Shown here: positions 54,001 through 63,475 of the stretch, piece by piece
Position numbering within the stretch: position 1 is the stretch's first letter
How the letters are laid out: every line of letters starts with the position of its first letter
Assembly (NCBI GenBank): GCA_029260965.1
Contig: JAJDCG010000001.1
Location: 89,221-153,220, forward strand
Direction of reading: 5' to 3'
Length of the DNA stretch: 64,000 nt
Origin: Candidatus Levyibacteriota bacterium
GTDB lineage: Bacteria > Patescibacteriota > Microgenomatia > Levybacterales > UBA12049
The notes under the pieces: model-generated
Database searches by the model: none
What the model was told of the DNA's origin: nothing
What the model saw: the letters and a program-made list of their open reading frames with translations, nothing else
Translations under genes and position numbers: made by a program

Positions 54001-54924
54001 ATGAGTAAAAGAAACATGGGAATTTATGACGGATCAAAAAAGGATGCACAGGTTATGATCCAGCCGGAAATGCGGGACGCATTAAGAGTGGCGGGTAGGG
54101 TGCTTGTAGATTTGGCGGATATTACAGATAGGATTATTTTACCTGAGTTCGGAGATGAAATGCACAATTTTATTGCCCAAGTTGTGTTTGCTCATACTCA
54201 AGACAAACCGATAAATATTTTTACGCCATGTTGTCCTGATTGGTCACGGGATTCAAAGGGACAATATGATTTTAAATCATTAGGTGGGGAAGTAAGTTTT
54301 ATCGCCCGAAAAGTTTTTCGGGAAGTGCCACCTGTTTTGCGGATATTAAATAAGCACGGCATTCCATATAATGGAACTTTGGTTTTAGCAAATTATGGTT
54401 CTGAAACTGAAATTACTGCAAAAGACACATATGGTAGGAAATTAAGTGCTGATGATATTCAAATGTGTTTTGCATCAAGTTTGGCAAAAACCGATGAAGA
54501 ACTTTCAGGACTGCAAAAGAATGATAGCGGAATTTTTAATTCATATCGGGTAATACCCATGACAGAATTCTTTGATGATCAGGGGATAGATGAGGATCAA
54601 ATATTGGGAGATGCTTGTGAATATTTCAAGTCAGATAGCAAAGGAAAGAAACTAGTCAGTCAATTGCATAGAGATAGTATTGGATTAAATAAAGGGCGAT
54701 TAGGTTTGAGTGAGGAAGAAAATTTAGAGCAAACAATACGCGGATGTGCGGAATATGGAGTGTTCGGGTATGCAATGGGGCAGCAGGGAGTTATTCTTGC
54801 CGCAGAATCCAGAACGACAAGCCGTGCATACAATCTTTTTAGACGCAGCAAAGGTCAAGATGTGATGCCTTTGTTTTATTTGAAAGGTAGAAGAGGGGTT
54901 AATGAAGGAGTTAATATATTATGA
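54001..54924 (+). CDS. hypothetical protein (GC-richer), upstream operon partner of a SET-domain gene
   Basis: A strong SD (AAGGAGG) lies 7 nt before the ATG at 54001. No recognisable domain. A 4-nt ATGA overlap with the SET gene. Confidence 0.45.
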   Translation: MSKRNMGIYDGSKKDAQVMIQPEMRDALRVAGRVLVDLADITDRIILPEFGDEMHNFIAQVVFAHTQDKPINIFTPCCPDWSRDSKGQYDFKSLGGEVSFIARKVFREVPPVLRILNKHGIPYNGTLVLANYGSETEITAKDTYGRKLSADDIQMCFASSLAKTDEELSGLQKNDSGIFNSYRVIPMTEFFDDQGIDEDQILGDACEYFKSDSKGKKLVSQLHRDSIGLNKGRLGLSEEENLEQTIRGCAEYGVFGYAMGQQGVILAAESRTTSRAYNLFRRSKGQDVMPLFYLKGRRGVNEGVNIL

Positions 54925-55409
54925 AAAATGAAGTTGTAATTAGAAAAACAAGTGATAAAGATTTTGGTCTATTTGCAACTCGTGATTTTATGAAAGGTGA
55001 AATTGTTGTACAGGGTAAAAAAATAAAAAAGGTACCTGATAGGACAATGCATTCATTTCAGATCGATAAAGCTACGCACATACAACTTGATAAAAAATCA
55101 CGAAGTATTAATCATTCCTGCGACCCAAACATGGGTATAAGGAATAATAAGTTTAATGCTTATGACTTTATTGCTCTGCGTAATATAGAAAAAGGCGAAG
55201 AGGTTACATGGGATTATGAGACAACAGAGCATGTTTCAATAGCCGTTGAAAAATGCTTGTGTAATACTACATCATGTAGAAAGAGCCTAATTGGTTTTAA
55301 GTACAGATCGGAAGAGCTGTTAGATAAGTATGGAATTTTTATTGCAGATTACTTAAAGTTTTTGTACGCTCAGCAACTCTTGCTTGCGAAAGTTTCAGCA
55401 AACAGATAA
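54921..55409 (+). CDS. SET-domain protein with post-SET cysteine cluster
   Basis: GLFATRDFMKGEIV, then INHSCDPN (the NHSC motif), then EEVTWDY, then the post-SET CLCNTTSCR. Confidence 0.7.
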   Translation: MKNEVVIRKTSDKDFGLFATRDFMKGEIVVQGKKIKKVPDRTMHSFQIDKATHIQLDKKSRSINHSCDPNMGIRNNKFNAYDFIALRNIEKGEEVTWDYETTEHVSIAVEKCLCNTTSCRKSLIGFKYRSEELLDKYGIFIADYLKFLYAQQLLLAKVSANR

Positions 55410-55425
55410 TATTAATGATGAAATT

Positions 55426-56418
55426 ATGAATATGAAAAAAAGGGTGCTATCTGGTATCAGAGCAACCGGGAGACTGCACCTTGGTAATTATCTTGGAGCG
55501 ATAAAGGGAATGCTTGAGCTTCAAGACAATCCTGACTATGAGAATCTTTATATGGTTGCTGATCTTCATACTTTGACGACTCCATATGATGTAGAGGAAT
55601 TAAGGAAAAATAGACGCGAGGTAATTATTGATTACTTGTCTGCAGGACTTGATCCTGAAAAAAGCATTCTTTTTCAACAAGCTGATAACCCATATCATCT
55701 GGAACTTGCTTATTTGTTTTCATCAGTTATGACAGTTGCCAAGATGCAACATCTGCCGACTTTTAAAGAAAAGGTCAAGCAGCATCCTGAAAATGTCACA
55801 ATGGCGCTACTTAATTATCCAGTCCTGATGGCAGCAGATATCCTGATCTATAAAGCAGATAGTGTGCCAGTTGGTCTTGATCAGGAGCCTCATGTTGAGG
55901 TCGCGCGTGAAATTGCTCGTCGTATGAATCAGGATTATGGAACGAATTTTCCGGAACCCAAGAGGTTTAAAACAGAGGGTCAATATGTTCCATCACTTCT
56001 TGGTGAAGGAAAGATGAGCAAGAGTGTGGAGGGAAGCTTTATTAATCTTGTTGATGATCTGGAGACAATAAAAGCAAAAATTGCGAAAGCTCCAACAGAT
56101 ACCGGTAGTATTGGAGGGGAGATACCAAAAGAAGGTGGAGTTGCAAATCTGTTTACACTGTTAAAATTGATTGGATCAGATGAAGTGTATAATAAATTTA
56201 TACTAGATTACAGAGACAAAAAAATCCGCTATAGTGAGATGAAAGAGATTCTCTCAGATGCAATTTATAAAGAGCTCCAGCCCATCCAGGAAAAGCGTAA
56301 ATATTTTGAAACACATCCTGAAATAGTAGGTGAAATTATTGCAGAGGGAAATAAAAAAGCAATTGCTATTGCCCGGGAAACAGTTGAGGAAGTAAAAAAG
56401 AAAATGGGATTATTATGA
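55426..56418 (+). CDS. trpS: tryptophan--tRNA ligase
   Basis: RVLSGIRATGRLHLGNYLGA is the HIGH-type motif. KMSKS is present. 55426 and 55432 are alternative starts. Confidence 0.85.
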   Translation: MNMKKRVLSGIRATGRLHLGNYLGAIKGMLELQDNPDYENLYMVADLHTLTTPYDVEELRKNRREVIIDYLSAGLDPEKSILFQQADNPYHLELAYLFSSVMTVAKMQHLPTFKEKVKQHPENVTMALLNYPVLMAADILIYKADSVPVGLDQEPHVEVAREIARRMNQDYGTNFPEPKRFKTEGQYVPSLLGEGKMSKSVEGSFINLVDDLETIKAKIAKAPTDTGSIGGEIPKEGGVANLFTLLKLIGSDEVYNKFILDYRDKKIRYSEMKEILSDAIYKELQPIQEKRKYFETHPEIVGEIIAEGNKKAIAIARETVEEVKKKMGLL

Positions 56419-57059
56419 AAGCAGTAATTTTAAATTGTACTCTTAAGAAATCTCCAAAGGTCTCCAACACAGAGGCACTTATCAAAAAGGTTGTTAAGGA
56501 ATACAAAAAACTTGGTGTTACATCAGATATCATTAGAGTTGTTGATTATAAAATCCCATTTGGCGTGTCCTCTTATGAAGGAAAGGGTGATGAGTGGCCG
56601 GTGATTCTTAAAAAAATTAAGTCTTGTGACATTCTCATTATCGCAGCCCCTATTTGGTTTGGTGTCAGATCATCCGTTGCCCAGCTTGTTATTGAGCGTC
56701 TTGATGGTACATATGAGGAAGGGGATAAAAAGACAGGACAGTTCCCGCTTTATGGAAAAGTTGCAGGATGTATCGTGACAGGAAATGAAGATGGAGCACA
56801 CGATGTAGCAGCTAATACTTTATTTAATCTAACTCATCTGGGATGTGTAGTTCCTCCCAATGTAGATACATATTGGGTAGGACCCGCAGGACCGGGACCA
56901 AGTTATATTGATGCGGGTGGAGAAAAGCATCTCTACACCAATAAAACTCTCAGATTTCTTGTTCACAATACAACCTACATGGCAAAGCTTCTGAAGAAAA
57001 ACCCAATTCCGACAAACCTTAAGGAATTGATAAACGAGGCGCAGAAAGAAAGCGAGTAA
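56415..57059 (+). CDS. flavodoxin-like fold NAD(P)H-dependent FMN reductase family protein
   Basis: MKAVILNCTLKKSP...CDILIIAAPIWFGVRSS. Confidence 0.6.
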   Translation: MKAVILNCTLKKSPKVSNTEALIKKVVKEYKKLGVTSDIIRVVDYKIPFGVSSYEGKGDEWPVILKKIKSCDILIIAAPIWFGVRSSVAQLVIERLDGTYEEGDKKTGQFPLYGKVAGCIVTGNEDGAHDVAANTLFNLTHLGCVVPPNVDTYWVGPAGPGPSYIDAGGEKHLYTNKTLRFLVHNTTYMAKLLKKNPIPTNLKELINEAQKESE

Positions 57060-57076
57060 GTCGTATTTGCAGAACC

Positions 57077-57925
57077 TTATATAAAAATTGTTGTCAGAAC
57101 CAGTATTGCCAGTAGTAGGCTTGATAACATTTCTCCCATTCTGACTTTCTCTTTTAAAATAAAATACCCAGACGTGTAGCGAAGAAGCGGTCCCAAGAGA
57201 AGCAAAAGCATGGCTTGTGTAACTCCCAATAAATCTATAGCAATAAGACTAACAATTGCGCCGATTGCATAAATTACACCTGCAAGAATACTATAAGAGG
57301 TCATCTTGTAGGACAAAGTTTCAAAGATCGGTTTGACTTGAAAGAATAATAGAGAAAAAATTAGGACCCCAAACACGCGAAAGAACGCAAGGTATGCTGG
57401 GCTAATTTTATTTAGAGCAACACTATATATGCTTGGCAATATTGATTCAAATACAACAGCAAGTAGGAGAAAGTGCATTCCTCTGATTTGAAAATTACGC
57501 AGTTTTCTGCGATGAGTTCCATAATAGACGATAAAAATGCTGATAATAAACATAAATAAATAAATTGGTTCACGCTCAGATGGAAAGAGAAAATATCCAA
57601 TTAAGCCTGCCAGAATCGGTTGAAAGTCATTTAATGGCTCCCGTAGCGAAAGATCATCAACCTTGAGGCTTAATTCATCAAATATGTTGCTTGCAAATGA
57701 AACCATTCCGATCAGAAGTACAAGACTAATAGAGATAAGAGAAAGAGTTGGAAACGCGCTTTTGGTAAATAGAAGAAACAAGAGTAAACATAAAGTCATC
57801 ACAATAAAAGTTAGAAGCATCATTTGTCGGGGAGTTATATGAGTTTGTGTAAAACTTATCTTATCAACTGTTTTGCCTGCGCTTTCTGCAATTACTGCAA
57901 TTAAGGGATAAATAAGGTTTAACAT
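57077..57925 (-). CDS. polytopic membrane protein (EamA/DMT-like)
   Basis: About 9-10 TM helices and two-halves symmetry. Confidence 0.4.
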   Translation of the reverse strand: MLNLIYPLIAVIAESAGKTVDKISFTQTHITPRQMMLLTFIVMTLCLLLFLLFTKSAFPTLSLISISLVLLIGMVSFASNIFDELSLKVDDLSLREPLNDFQPILAGLIGYFLFPSEREPIYLFMFIISIFIVYYGTHRRKLRNFQIRGMHFLLLAVVFESILPSIYSVALNKISPAYLAFFRVFGVLIFSLLFFQVKPIFETLSYKMTSYSILAGVIYAIGAIVSLIAIDLLGVTQAMLLLLLGPLLRYTSGYFILKEKVRMGEMLSSLLLAILVLTTIFI

Positions 57926-58160
57926 TTTTAGTTTTGTTTACTTTAAGTTACAAATGAAATTGTTATACACTCAGGATCTTTGATTTAGAGTTTTTAAAAA
58001 TAAAATCCTTTTGGAGATCCTCGCTTGTGAGAGATAGGAATTCTCCGAACTTATCACTTAGATTAACGGTAATTTTCAAGTTCGAAAGTCTATAGATCAA
58101 GCTCTTGTCTGTAAGTATATTTTTTATACTATATTTATTGTTTAGTTCTTTCACAATAGT

Positions 58161-58466
58161 CTAGACTATTTTTGAAAAAATAGCGATGAAGATAAGGATC
58201 GTGATACCTGCAAAGACTGCAACTGTTTTTAGGAAAAGATTTACCGCATCCTTTTTCTTGCCAGAGAGATAAAGTTGGATCGGCTTACCCAAAAACAAAT
58301 AACCCATTACCGCAGCAGATAGAGTAAAAAGTGAAATGAAGGCAATTGGCGCAAAGACGCTGTCATCTATTTTTCCTGCTGCTTTGGGCGCATAGTACAG
58401 AATTGATGCAATGATTGATATGTAAGCACTAGCTGCCAACGCATTGTAAATTGGATTCCTGGTCAT
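58161..58466 (-). CDS. hypothetical small membrane protein
   Basis: Three TM helices. Confidence 0.3.
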   Translation of the reverse strand: MTRNPIYNALAASAYISIIASILYYAPKAAGKIDDSVFAPIAFISLFTLSAAVMGYLFLGKPIQLYLSGKKKDAVNLFLKTVAVFAGITILIFIAIFSKIV

Positions 58467-58488
58467 ATCAGATATAGTTTAGCATAAA

Positions 58489-59031
58489 TCACTTATATTC
58501 GTCTTTTACCTTGCTACCAAATTGCGATAGGAGTTTTTTGATTTTAGGATCAATTATTACCTGACAATACATATTTAGATTGCGGTTTTGATCATAATAA
58601 TTTTTGTGATATTCCTCGGCGGGAAAAAAACTTGAAAGCTCTGCTATCTCGGTAACAATTGGATCTTCATATTTTCCTGAATTATTTAATTCATCAATTT
58701 TTTTCTCAGCAATTTTTTTCTGCTCATCATTATGCGAAAAAATCGCAGATCTGTACTGTGCACCGATATCATTCCCTTGGCGGTTTAGTTCAGTTGGATT
58801 ATGGGTTGCGAAAAAAACGTCAAGAATTGTATCGTATGAAACTACACTTGGATCAAATTCAACCTGGATACACTCCGCATGACCTGTCGTGCCGGTTGAA
58901 ACCTGTTCATAAGATGGATTTTTTCTTTGTCCGCCAGTATAGCCTGACATGACAGATTCAACCCCTTTTAATCTTTTGAATATCGCCTCTGTGCACCAGA
59001 AACATCCATTGGCAAGTGTTGCTTTTTCCAT
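58489..59031 (-). CDS. msrA: peptide-methionine (S)-S-oxide reductase
   Basis: KATLANGCFWCTEAIF, with the GCFWC active site. Confidence 0.85.
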   Translation of the reverse strand: MEKATLANGCFWCTEAIFKRLKGVESVMSGYTGGQRKNPSYEQVSTGTTGHAECIQVEFDPSVVSYDTILDVFFATHNPTELNRQGNDIGAQYRSAIFSHNDEQKKIAEKKIDELNNSGKYEDPIVTEIAELSSFFPAEEYHKNYYDQNRNLNMYCQVIIDPKIKKLLSQFGSKVKDEYK

Positions 59032-59111
59032 AATTCAATTATATCATTTTAAAATAGCTCTTGTGATTTTTTACTTGCTAATATACAATATTAACTTGGT
59101 TAATTAAGTAT

Positions 59112-59549
59112 ATGAAAAACAACAAACAATTAAATGCGTACAATACGGGTCTTTTGCAGGGAAAGGCATATGCAGTGCTTTATGAGAAACTTGAAGTTCC
59201 ACTCTCAAAATATAATATTTCAATTCCCGAATGGAAACTTTTGGGACAAGTTTTTGAAAGTGAGAGGATAAAATTGTCAGATTTGGCTGATATTCTCCGA
59301 TATGATCCACCCATGGTAACAAAATTGGTAAAAAATCTTGAGAAAAAAGGATTACTCAAAAGAACTCCTGATCCAAATGACGTGCGAGCAAAAATTGTTA
59401 CACCAACAGCAAATGGTAAAAAGCTAATTCTAAAAATAGAACCATTTGCAAAGAACGCAATTGCAAATGTGCTAAAAGGAGTAACAAGAACTGAGCTTGA
59501 AACTTATTTAAAAGTATTAAATAAAATGGTTCAAAACTCCAAAAGATAA
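59112..59549 (+). CDS. MarR-family transcriptional regulator
   Basis: The winged HTH LSDLADILRYDPPMVTKLVKNLEKKGLLKRTPDPNDVRAKIV. Confidence 0.75.
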   Translation: MKNNKQLNAYNTGLLQGKAYAVLYEKLEVPLSKYNISIPEWKLLGQVFESERIKLSDLADILRYDPPMVTKLVKNLEKKGLLKRTPDPNDVRAKIVTPTANGKKLILKIEPFAKNAIANVLKGVTRTELETYLKVLNKMVQNSKR

Positions 59550-59690
59550 TTTTTGCATATTCCTTGAAAAACTATTAATGCGATTTATACTTAATTAAGT
59601 TAATAATTAATATATAAATAAAAATAAAATAGGTTCTGATAAGTTTTTAAAATTTATTTTAGGCAATTGAGAGAATAAGAAAATTTTGTT

Positions 59691-60257
59691 ATGCTTGAAA
59701 TGTTTAGATTAAGATCTATGCTAAAAAAAGTCTTACTAATGATATTGATTTTTGCTTTATTGATAAGTGGATATTTTTTGTTTAATCAGAAAGTTAAAAA
59801 TAGAAAAGAGGTTGTTCCAACCAGATCTTCAAAAAACACAATAAAGGTAAGTTCAACTCCAACTGAAGCTGATTATGTTGCTGGGTTTTTGATATACACT
59901 AATGGCACAAGAAGAATCTTTACTGCCTCAATGTACCATGATCTCTCAGAAGACATATATATTGATTCAAGAAATCCAAATGTTGTTAATGTTAAAAAAC
60001 CAAATCAGACATGGAATGATTTTTTTAAGACACTTCCATTTAGCTTAACTAAAGATTGCCTAATAACGGGGACAGGGCAAACTTTTTGTACTGGACAAAA
60101 TGGTGATTTGAAATTTTATATCAATGGGAAAAACGATCCTGATGTATTGAATAAAATTATTGAAGAAAATGACAGGTTGTTGGTAAGCTTTGGTAGTGAA
60201 AGTAAGCAAGGAATTGAGGATCAGATTCAAGAGCTAGAAGCAGTATCTCTAAATTGA
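59691..60257 (+). CDS. hypothetical secreted protein
   Basis: A signal anchor and no motif. Confidence 0.35.
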   Translation: MLEMFRLRSMLKKVLLMILIFALLISGYFLFNQKVKNRKEVVPTRSSKNTIKVSSTPTEADYVAGFLIYTNGTRRIFTASMYHDLSEDIYIDSRNPNVVNVKKPNQTWNDFFKTLPFSLTKDCLITGTGQTFCTGQNGDLKFYINGKNDPDVLNKIIEENDRLLVSFGSESKQGIEDQIQELEAVSLN

Positions 60258-60258
60258 T

Positions 60259-60543
60259 TTATTTATTACCTTTTAAGTTTTTTTCTTCATCTGGCTCTAG
60301 GTAGTCATCGTCAACATAGCACCAGATAAAAGATGATTCATTTGCTGGATATGAAGCCATCACTTCATGTTTTGTTTGTTCTGCATGAATTCTCGCATGC
60401 TGACTACAAGAGTCACAACACCCAACATAACCGCATGTCACGCAGACTCTTTGTCCCAGGTTACAATTGTGATTTTCTTCACATTTTTCAGCTTTTGGAC
60501 CAACGAAATTTTTAGGTAAATGTTTGCAATCTTTTATTTTCAT
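60259..60543 (-). CDS. UBP-type zinc-finger (ZnF-UBP) domain protein
   Basis: CKHL...KCEEN...RVCVTCGYVGCCDSCSQHARIHAEQTKHEV...FIWCYVDD follows the ZnF-UBP spacing C.H...C..C...W.CL.CG.VGC.....HA..H....H...WCY.C. Confidence 0.65.
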   Translation of the reverse strand: MKIKDCKHLPKNFVGPKAEKCEENHNCNLGQRVCVTCGYVGCCDSCSQHARIHAEQTKHEVMASYPANESSFIWCYVDDDYLEPDEEKNLKGNK

Positions 60544-60755
60544 ATTTTATTTTTTTCTTTTTGTTTTGGCGGACATAAACTATCTGCATATGAACAAAAC
60601 ACACAACAATCTTTTGTTTTAGGTTTTAACATAGTATCACAATTTTTACATTTATAAAAATGTTGACAAGCATTAGTCGGCATTTCAACCTTCTGCACAT
60701 AATTACACGCGGGGCAAGTTAGTTGGGCGTTAGTCTTGAAAAAAGATTCTCTCAT
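60540..60755 (-). CDS. small Cys-rich zinc-ribbon protein with DCCVFC motif
   Basis: CPACNYV...CQHFYKCKNCDTML...KDCCVFCSYADSLCPP, nine cysteines in 71 aa. Its stop overlaps the start of the UBP gene. Confidence 0.5.
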   Translation of the reverse strand: MRESFFKTNAQLTCPACNYVQKVEMPTNACQHFYKCKNCDTMLKPKTKDCCVFCSYADSLCPPKQKEKNKI

Positions 60756-60763
60756 AGATAAAT

Positions 60764-61213
60764 TTAGATATTTTTAATAAGCTCTTCAAAATCGCCCCCA
60801 ATCCATCTTTTAATTTCTTCTCCATTTTTATCCAACATTACTAAAGTGTGTTGGATTGTGACAAAGTATTTTTTATTCAGAGCTTTATTATTATCATAGT
60901 CAGTCTTTAGAATGGTTATATTTTTTGGTAGATGCATACTTTTTTCTTTTATTTCCTTGTCAAGGTTTGAGCAGGTATTGCACCAGGTGGTTGCTGCGAA
61001 AAACAGAATGGTTTTTCCGTGGGATTTTGACATCTCAAGTGATTTATCAGAATACCTGTAATAATTAGTGGAGAGTTCTTTTATTTCAGATGCAGAGATA
61101 GGTGTAGGATTTTTAATCAGCTTTTTTGGATAAGAAAAAGCTCCCATCAGCAGAAGTATTACTACAAAAATAGACAAAATTTTTAAGTGACCTTTTTTAA
61201 TTCGTATTTTCAT
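60764..61213 (-). CDS. membrane-anchored thioredoxin-like protein (WCNTC active site)
   Basis: A signal anchor, then ILFFAATTWCNTCSNL. Paralogous to 62940-63437. Confidence 0.65.
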   Translation of the reverse strand: MKIRIKKGHLKILSIFVVILLLMGAFSYPKKLIKNPTPISASEIKELSTNYYRYSDKSLEMSKSHGKTILFFAATTWCNTCSNLDKEIKEKSMHLPKNITILKTDYDNNKALNKKYFVTIQHTLVMLDKNGEEIKRWIGGDFEELIKNI

Positions 61214-62261
61214 AAATAAGTGTATCTGGATTGAATGTGGCCCATGCAAACCAAAACAGTCTGATTGGGATAATATCCTCACCAGTATTTAGATTTGTAA
61301 CTATTATTTTACCACTTCTTGTTTTTTCAAGTTTGATATTGGCATTTCCCAATGTATCTGTTATTACAGAATCTTTTTCAAAGATAGTTTCAGGATATGC
61401 TTTTCTAGCATCATTTATACTTACTCCATAAACAACTGTTTTGATTTGTAGCTTTTTATTCAAATTTTTAACTCCAAAATAGAGCTCGTCATCCTGCTCA
61501 TATGTTCCGTATGGATATGCATCATAATTTCTGGAAAATCCAGTTTCACGAGACAAGATAACTCCATTAAGGTTTTCTTTTTTCCATGTCTGCCAATTTG
61601 TAGTTGAAATATGAATTTGCTTGAGAGTTTCATTTCGTCTTGCGGCTGGACCCACTATCCCTTCGCCAGTAATTTGCTGCCAGAGATTCCCTTCGAACCT
61701 ATCATACATAACAAGATCGCTATCGTGTAGTTTGCCAGAAACCCCAAACTCAGTAATAACCTCATTTACTTTTCTCTCAAATGCTAAGGCTGATCCACAA
61801 AGAGGACAAAAAGTGACTGCAATTGGCTCACCTTGGACTTCATCATTTACAATTTCATGCCAGTTCATAATCCGTTGAGGATATGCTCTTTGTTCATTCT
61901 TGTAATCTATCGCAAATACAGTATCTGTATCTTCAAGCCAATTGTCTGCCTCGTTGATAGATTCAAACTTTGGGTCATCAATACTGGGAATGCAGTCCTG
62001 ACCAGTACAGCCCTGGAGAAGATCTTCTTTTTTGACTTTTGCCCCAGTAAAATCATTTTGAAGCTCTATGTCTCTAACAACCGTCTCTCCTGGATTTGTT
62101 GATTGAAATTCTGATGGAGATGATCTTGAAAATATTTGATTAAATAAAATAATCCCTCCTCCAAGCAGGATAAAAGTAGTAATTATAAATTTTTTGGAAA
62201 GGAAGTTTTTTATAATCAAAGTATAATAAACTAAAATAAAAATGTAAAGCCTAGTTGACAA
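61197..62261 (-). CDS. DUF3179-domain protein, membrane-anchored
   Basis: GEPIAVTFCPLCGSALAFER, the hallmark CPLC motif of DUF3179. Confidence 0.6.
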   Translation of the reverse strand: MSTRLYIFILVYYTLIIKNFLSKKFIITTFILLGGGIILFNQIFSRSSPSEFQSTNPGETVVRDIELQNDFTGAKVKKEDLLQGCTGQDCIPSIDDPKFESINEADNWLEDTDTVFAIDYKNEQRAYPQRIMNWHEIVNDEVQGEPIAVTFCPLCGSALAFERKVNEVITEFGVSGKLHDSDLVMYDRFEGNLWQQITGEGIVGPAARRNETLKQIHISTTNWQTWKKENLNGVILSRETGFSRNYDAYPYGTYEQDDELYFGVKNLNKKLQIKTVVYGVSINDARKAYPETIFEKDSVITDTLGNANIKLEKTRSGKIIVTNLNTGEDIIPIRLFWFAWATFNPDTLIYENTN

Positions 62262-62312
62262 AAAGAATGAAACAAATTAATATGAACTTAATTATGTTGA
62301 CAAAAATAGTAT

Positions 62313-62519
62313 ATGGAAGAATATATAAATAACACAGTTCCTGTTCTTAGAAAAGAAAAAAATATAACTCAGGAGGAATTTGCTGATGCGGTAGGAGTAT
62401 CGCGCCAAACTGTTATTGCAATAGAGAAAGGAAATTACACGCCATCTCTTTTGTTGGGACTGAAAATTGCAAAATACTTTAAAAAGCCAATTGATGAGAT
62501 ATTTAGTTTGAAATCATGA
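62313..62519 (+). CDS. XRE-family (Cro/C1-type HTH) transcriptional regulator
   Basis: LRKEKNITQEEFADAVGVSRQTVIAIEKGNYTPSLLLGLKIAKYF. Confidence 0.8.
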   Translation: MEEYINNTVPVLRKEKNITQEEFADAVGVSRQTVIAIEKGNYTPSLLLGLKIAKYFKKPIDEIFSLKS

Positions 62520-62881
62520 AAAATAACTTCACAAGTGAAATAATAATATCCTTACTCCTAGTAAGTTTATTGGTGTTTTTTATAGATCCTTTAGATCTTT
62601 TAATGCCTCAATCTCTTAGTCCTTTTATGGTTCCATTCCTAATAATCCTATTTATATTATTTGCAGGATTCCTGTGGAACGAAAAGCCAGGCGATGAACG
62701 TGAGCAACTGCATAAATATATAGCCTCACGTTTTGCGTATTTTGCAGGAATTGCGGTTTTGATAATAGGAATTATCGCGCAGAGCACAAACCATGAAGTA
62801 GATCCATTTTTGATAATTGCTGTTTCGGTAATGCTTCTTGCCAAAATTTTGGGGAGTGTTTATGGGAAGTTGAAGCGATAA
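62516..62881 (+). CDS. small membrane protein co-transcribed with the XRE regulator
   Basis: A 4-nt overlap with the XRE gene. Four TM helices. Confidence 0.4.
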   Translation: MKNNFTSEIIISLLLVSLLVFFIDPLDLLMPQSLSPFMVPFLIILFILFAGFLWNEKPGDEREQLHKYIASRFAYFAGIAVLIIGIIAQSTNHEVDPFLIIAVSVMLLAKILGSVYGKLKR

Positions 62882-62939
62882 ATCATGCCAGATGTAAACT
62901 TTACTTGACATAGGCTACTTTATCGTTTAACATTAAATT

Positions 62940-63437
62940 ATGAAATCAAAAACCATCATTATTTTAGTTTTGATCATTTTGATTGGTGGTGGGTTTTTCC
63001 TCGTCGGTCAAAAATCTTCTGAGAATAATGCAGTCAATTCACCTCAAGCTGATGTTATGGAAATGAATAAAGATTCGGTCAGTGAAGAAACTGTTCCCGC
63101 AGAGAATCCTGAAGAATCAAGATATATTTTGTATTCAAAAGATGCATATGATCAATCAGTTGAACAAAAAAGAGTATTGTATTTTTACGCGAATTGGTGT
63201 CCAACCTGCAAAGTAGCAAATGCTGAGTTTACGCAAAAGACAGAAGAGATACCAGAAGACATTACTATATTGAGAATAAATTATAACGATTCAGACACAG
63301 ATAATGAAGAGAAAGAGCTTGCAAAAAAATACGGGGTAACCTATCAACATACATTTGTACAAGTTGATAAAGACGGAGAGCAGATCACGACCTGGAATGG
63401 TGGAGGTCTAACAGAGCTCGTCAGTAGAGTAGAATAA
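62940..63437 (+). CDS. membrane-anchored thioredoxin-like protein (WCPTC active site)
   Basis: VLYFYANWCPTCKVANAEF. The C-terminal region ITILRINYND...YQHTFVQVDKDGEQITTWNGG parallels that of the 60764-61213 protein. Confidence 0.7.
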   Translation: MKSKTIIILVLIILIGGGFFLVGQKSSENNAVNSPQADVMEMNKDSVSEETVPAENPEESRYILYSKDAYDQSVEQKRVLYFYANWCPTCKVANAEFTQKTEEIPEDITILRINYNDSDTDNEEKELAKKYGVTYQHTFVQVDKDGEQITTWNGGGLTELVSRVE

Positions 63438-63475
63438 TATTCCTCAAGAGAGCTTGTTGTTTTGTTAAATAGATT

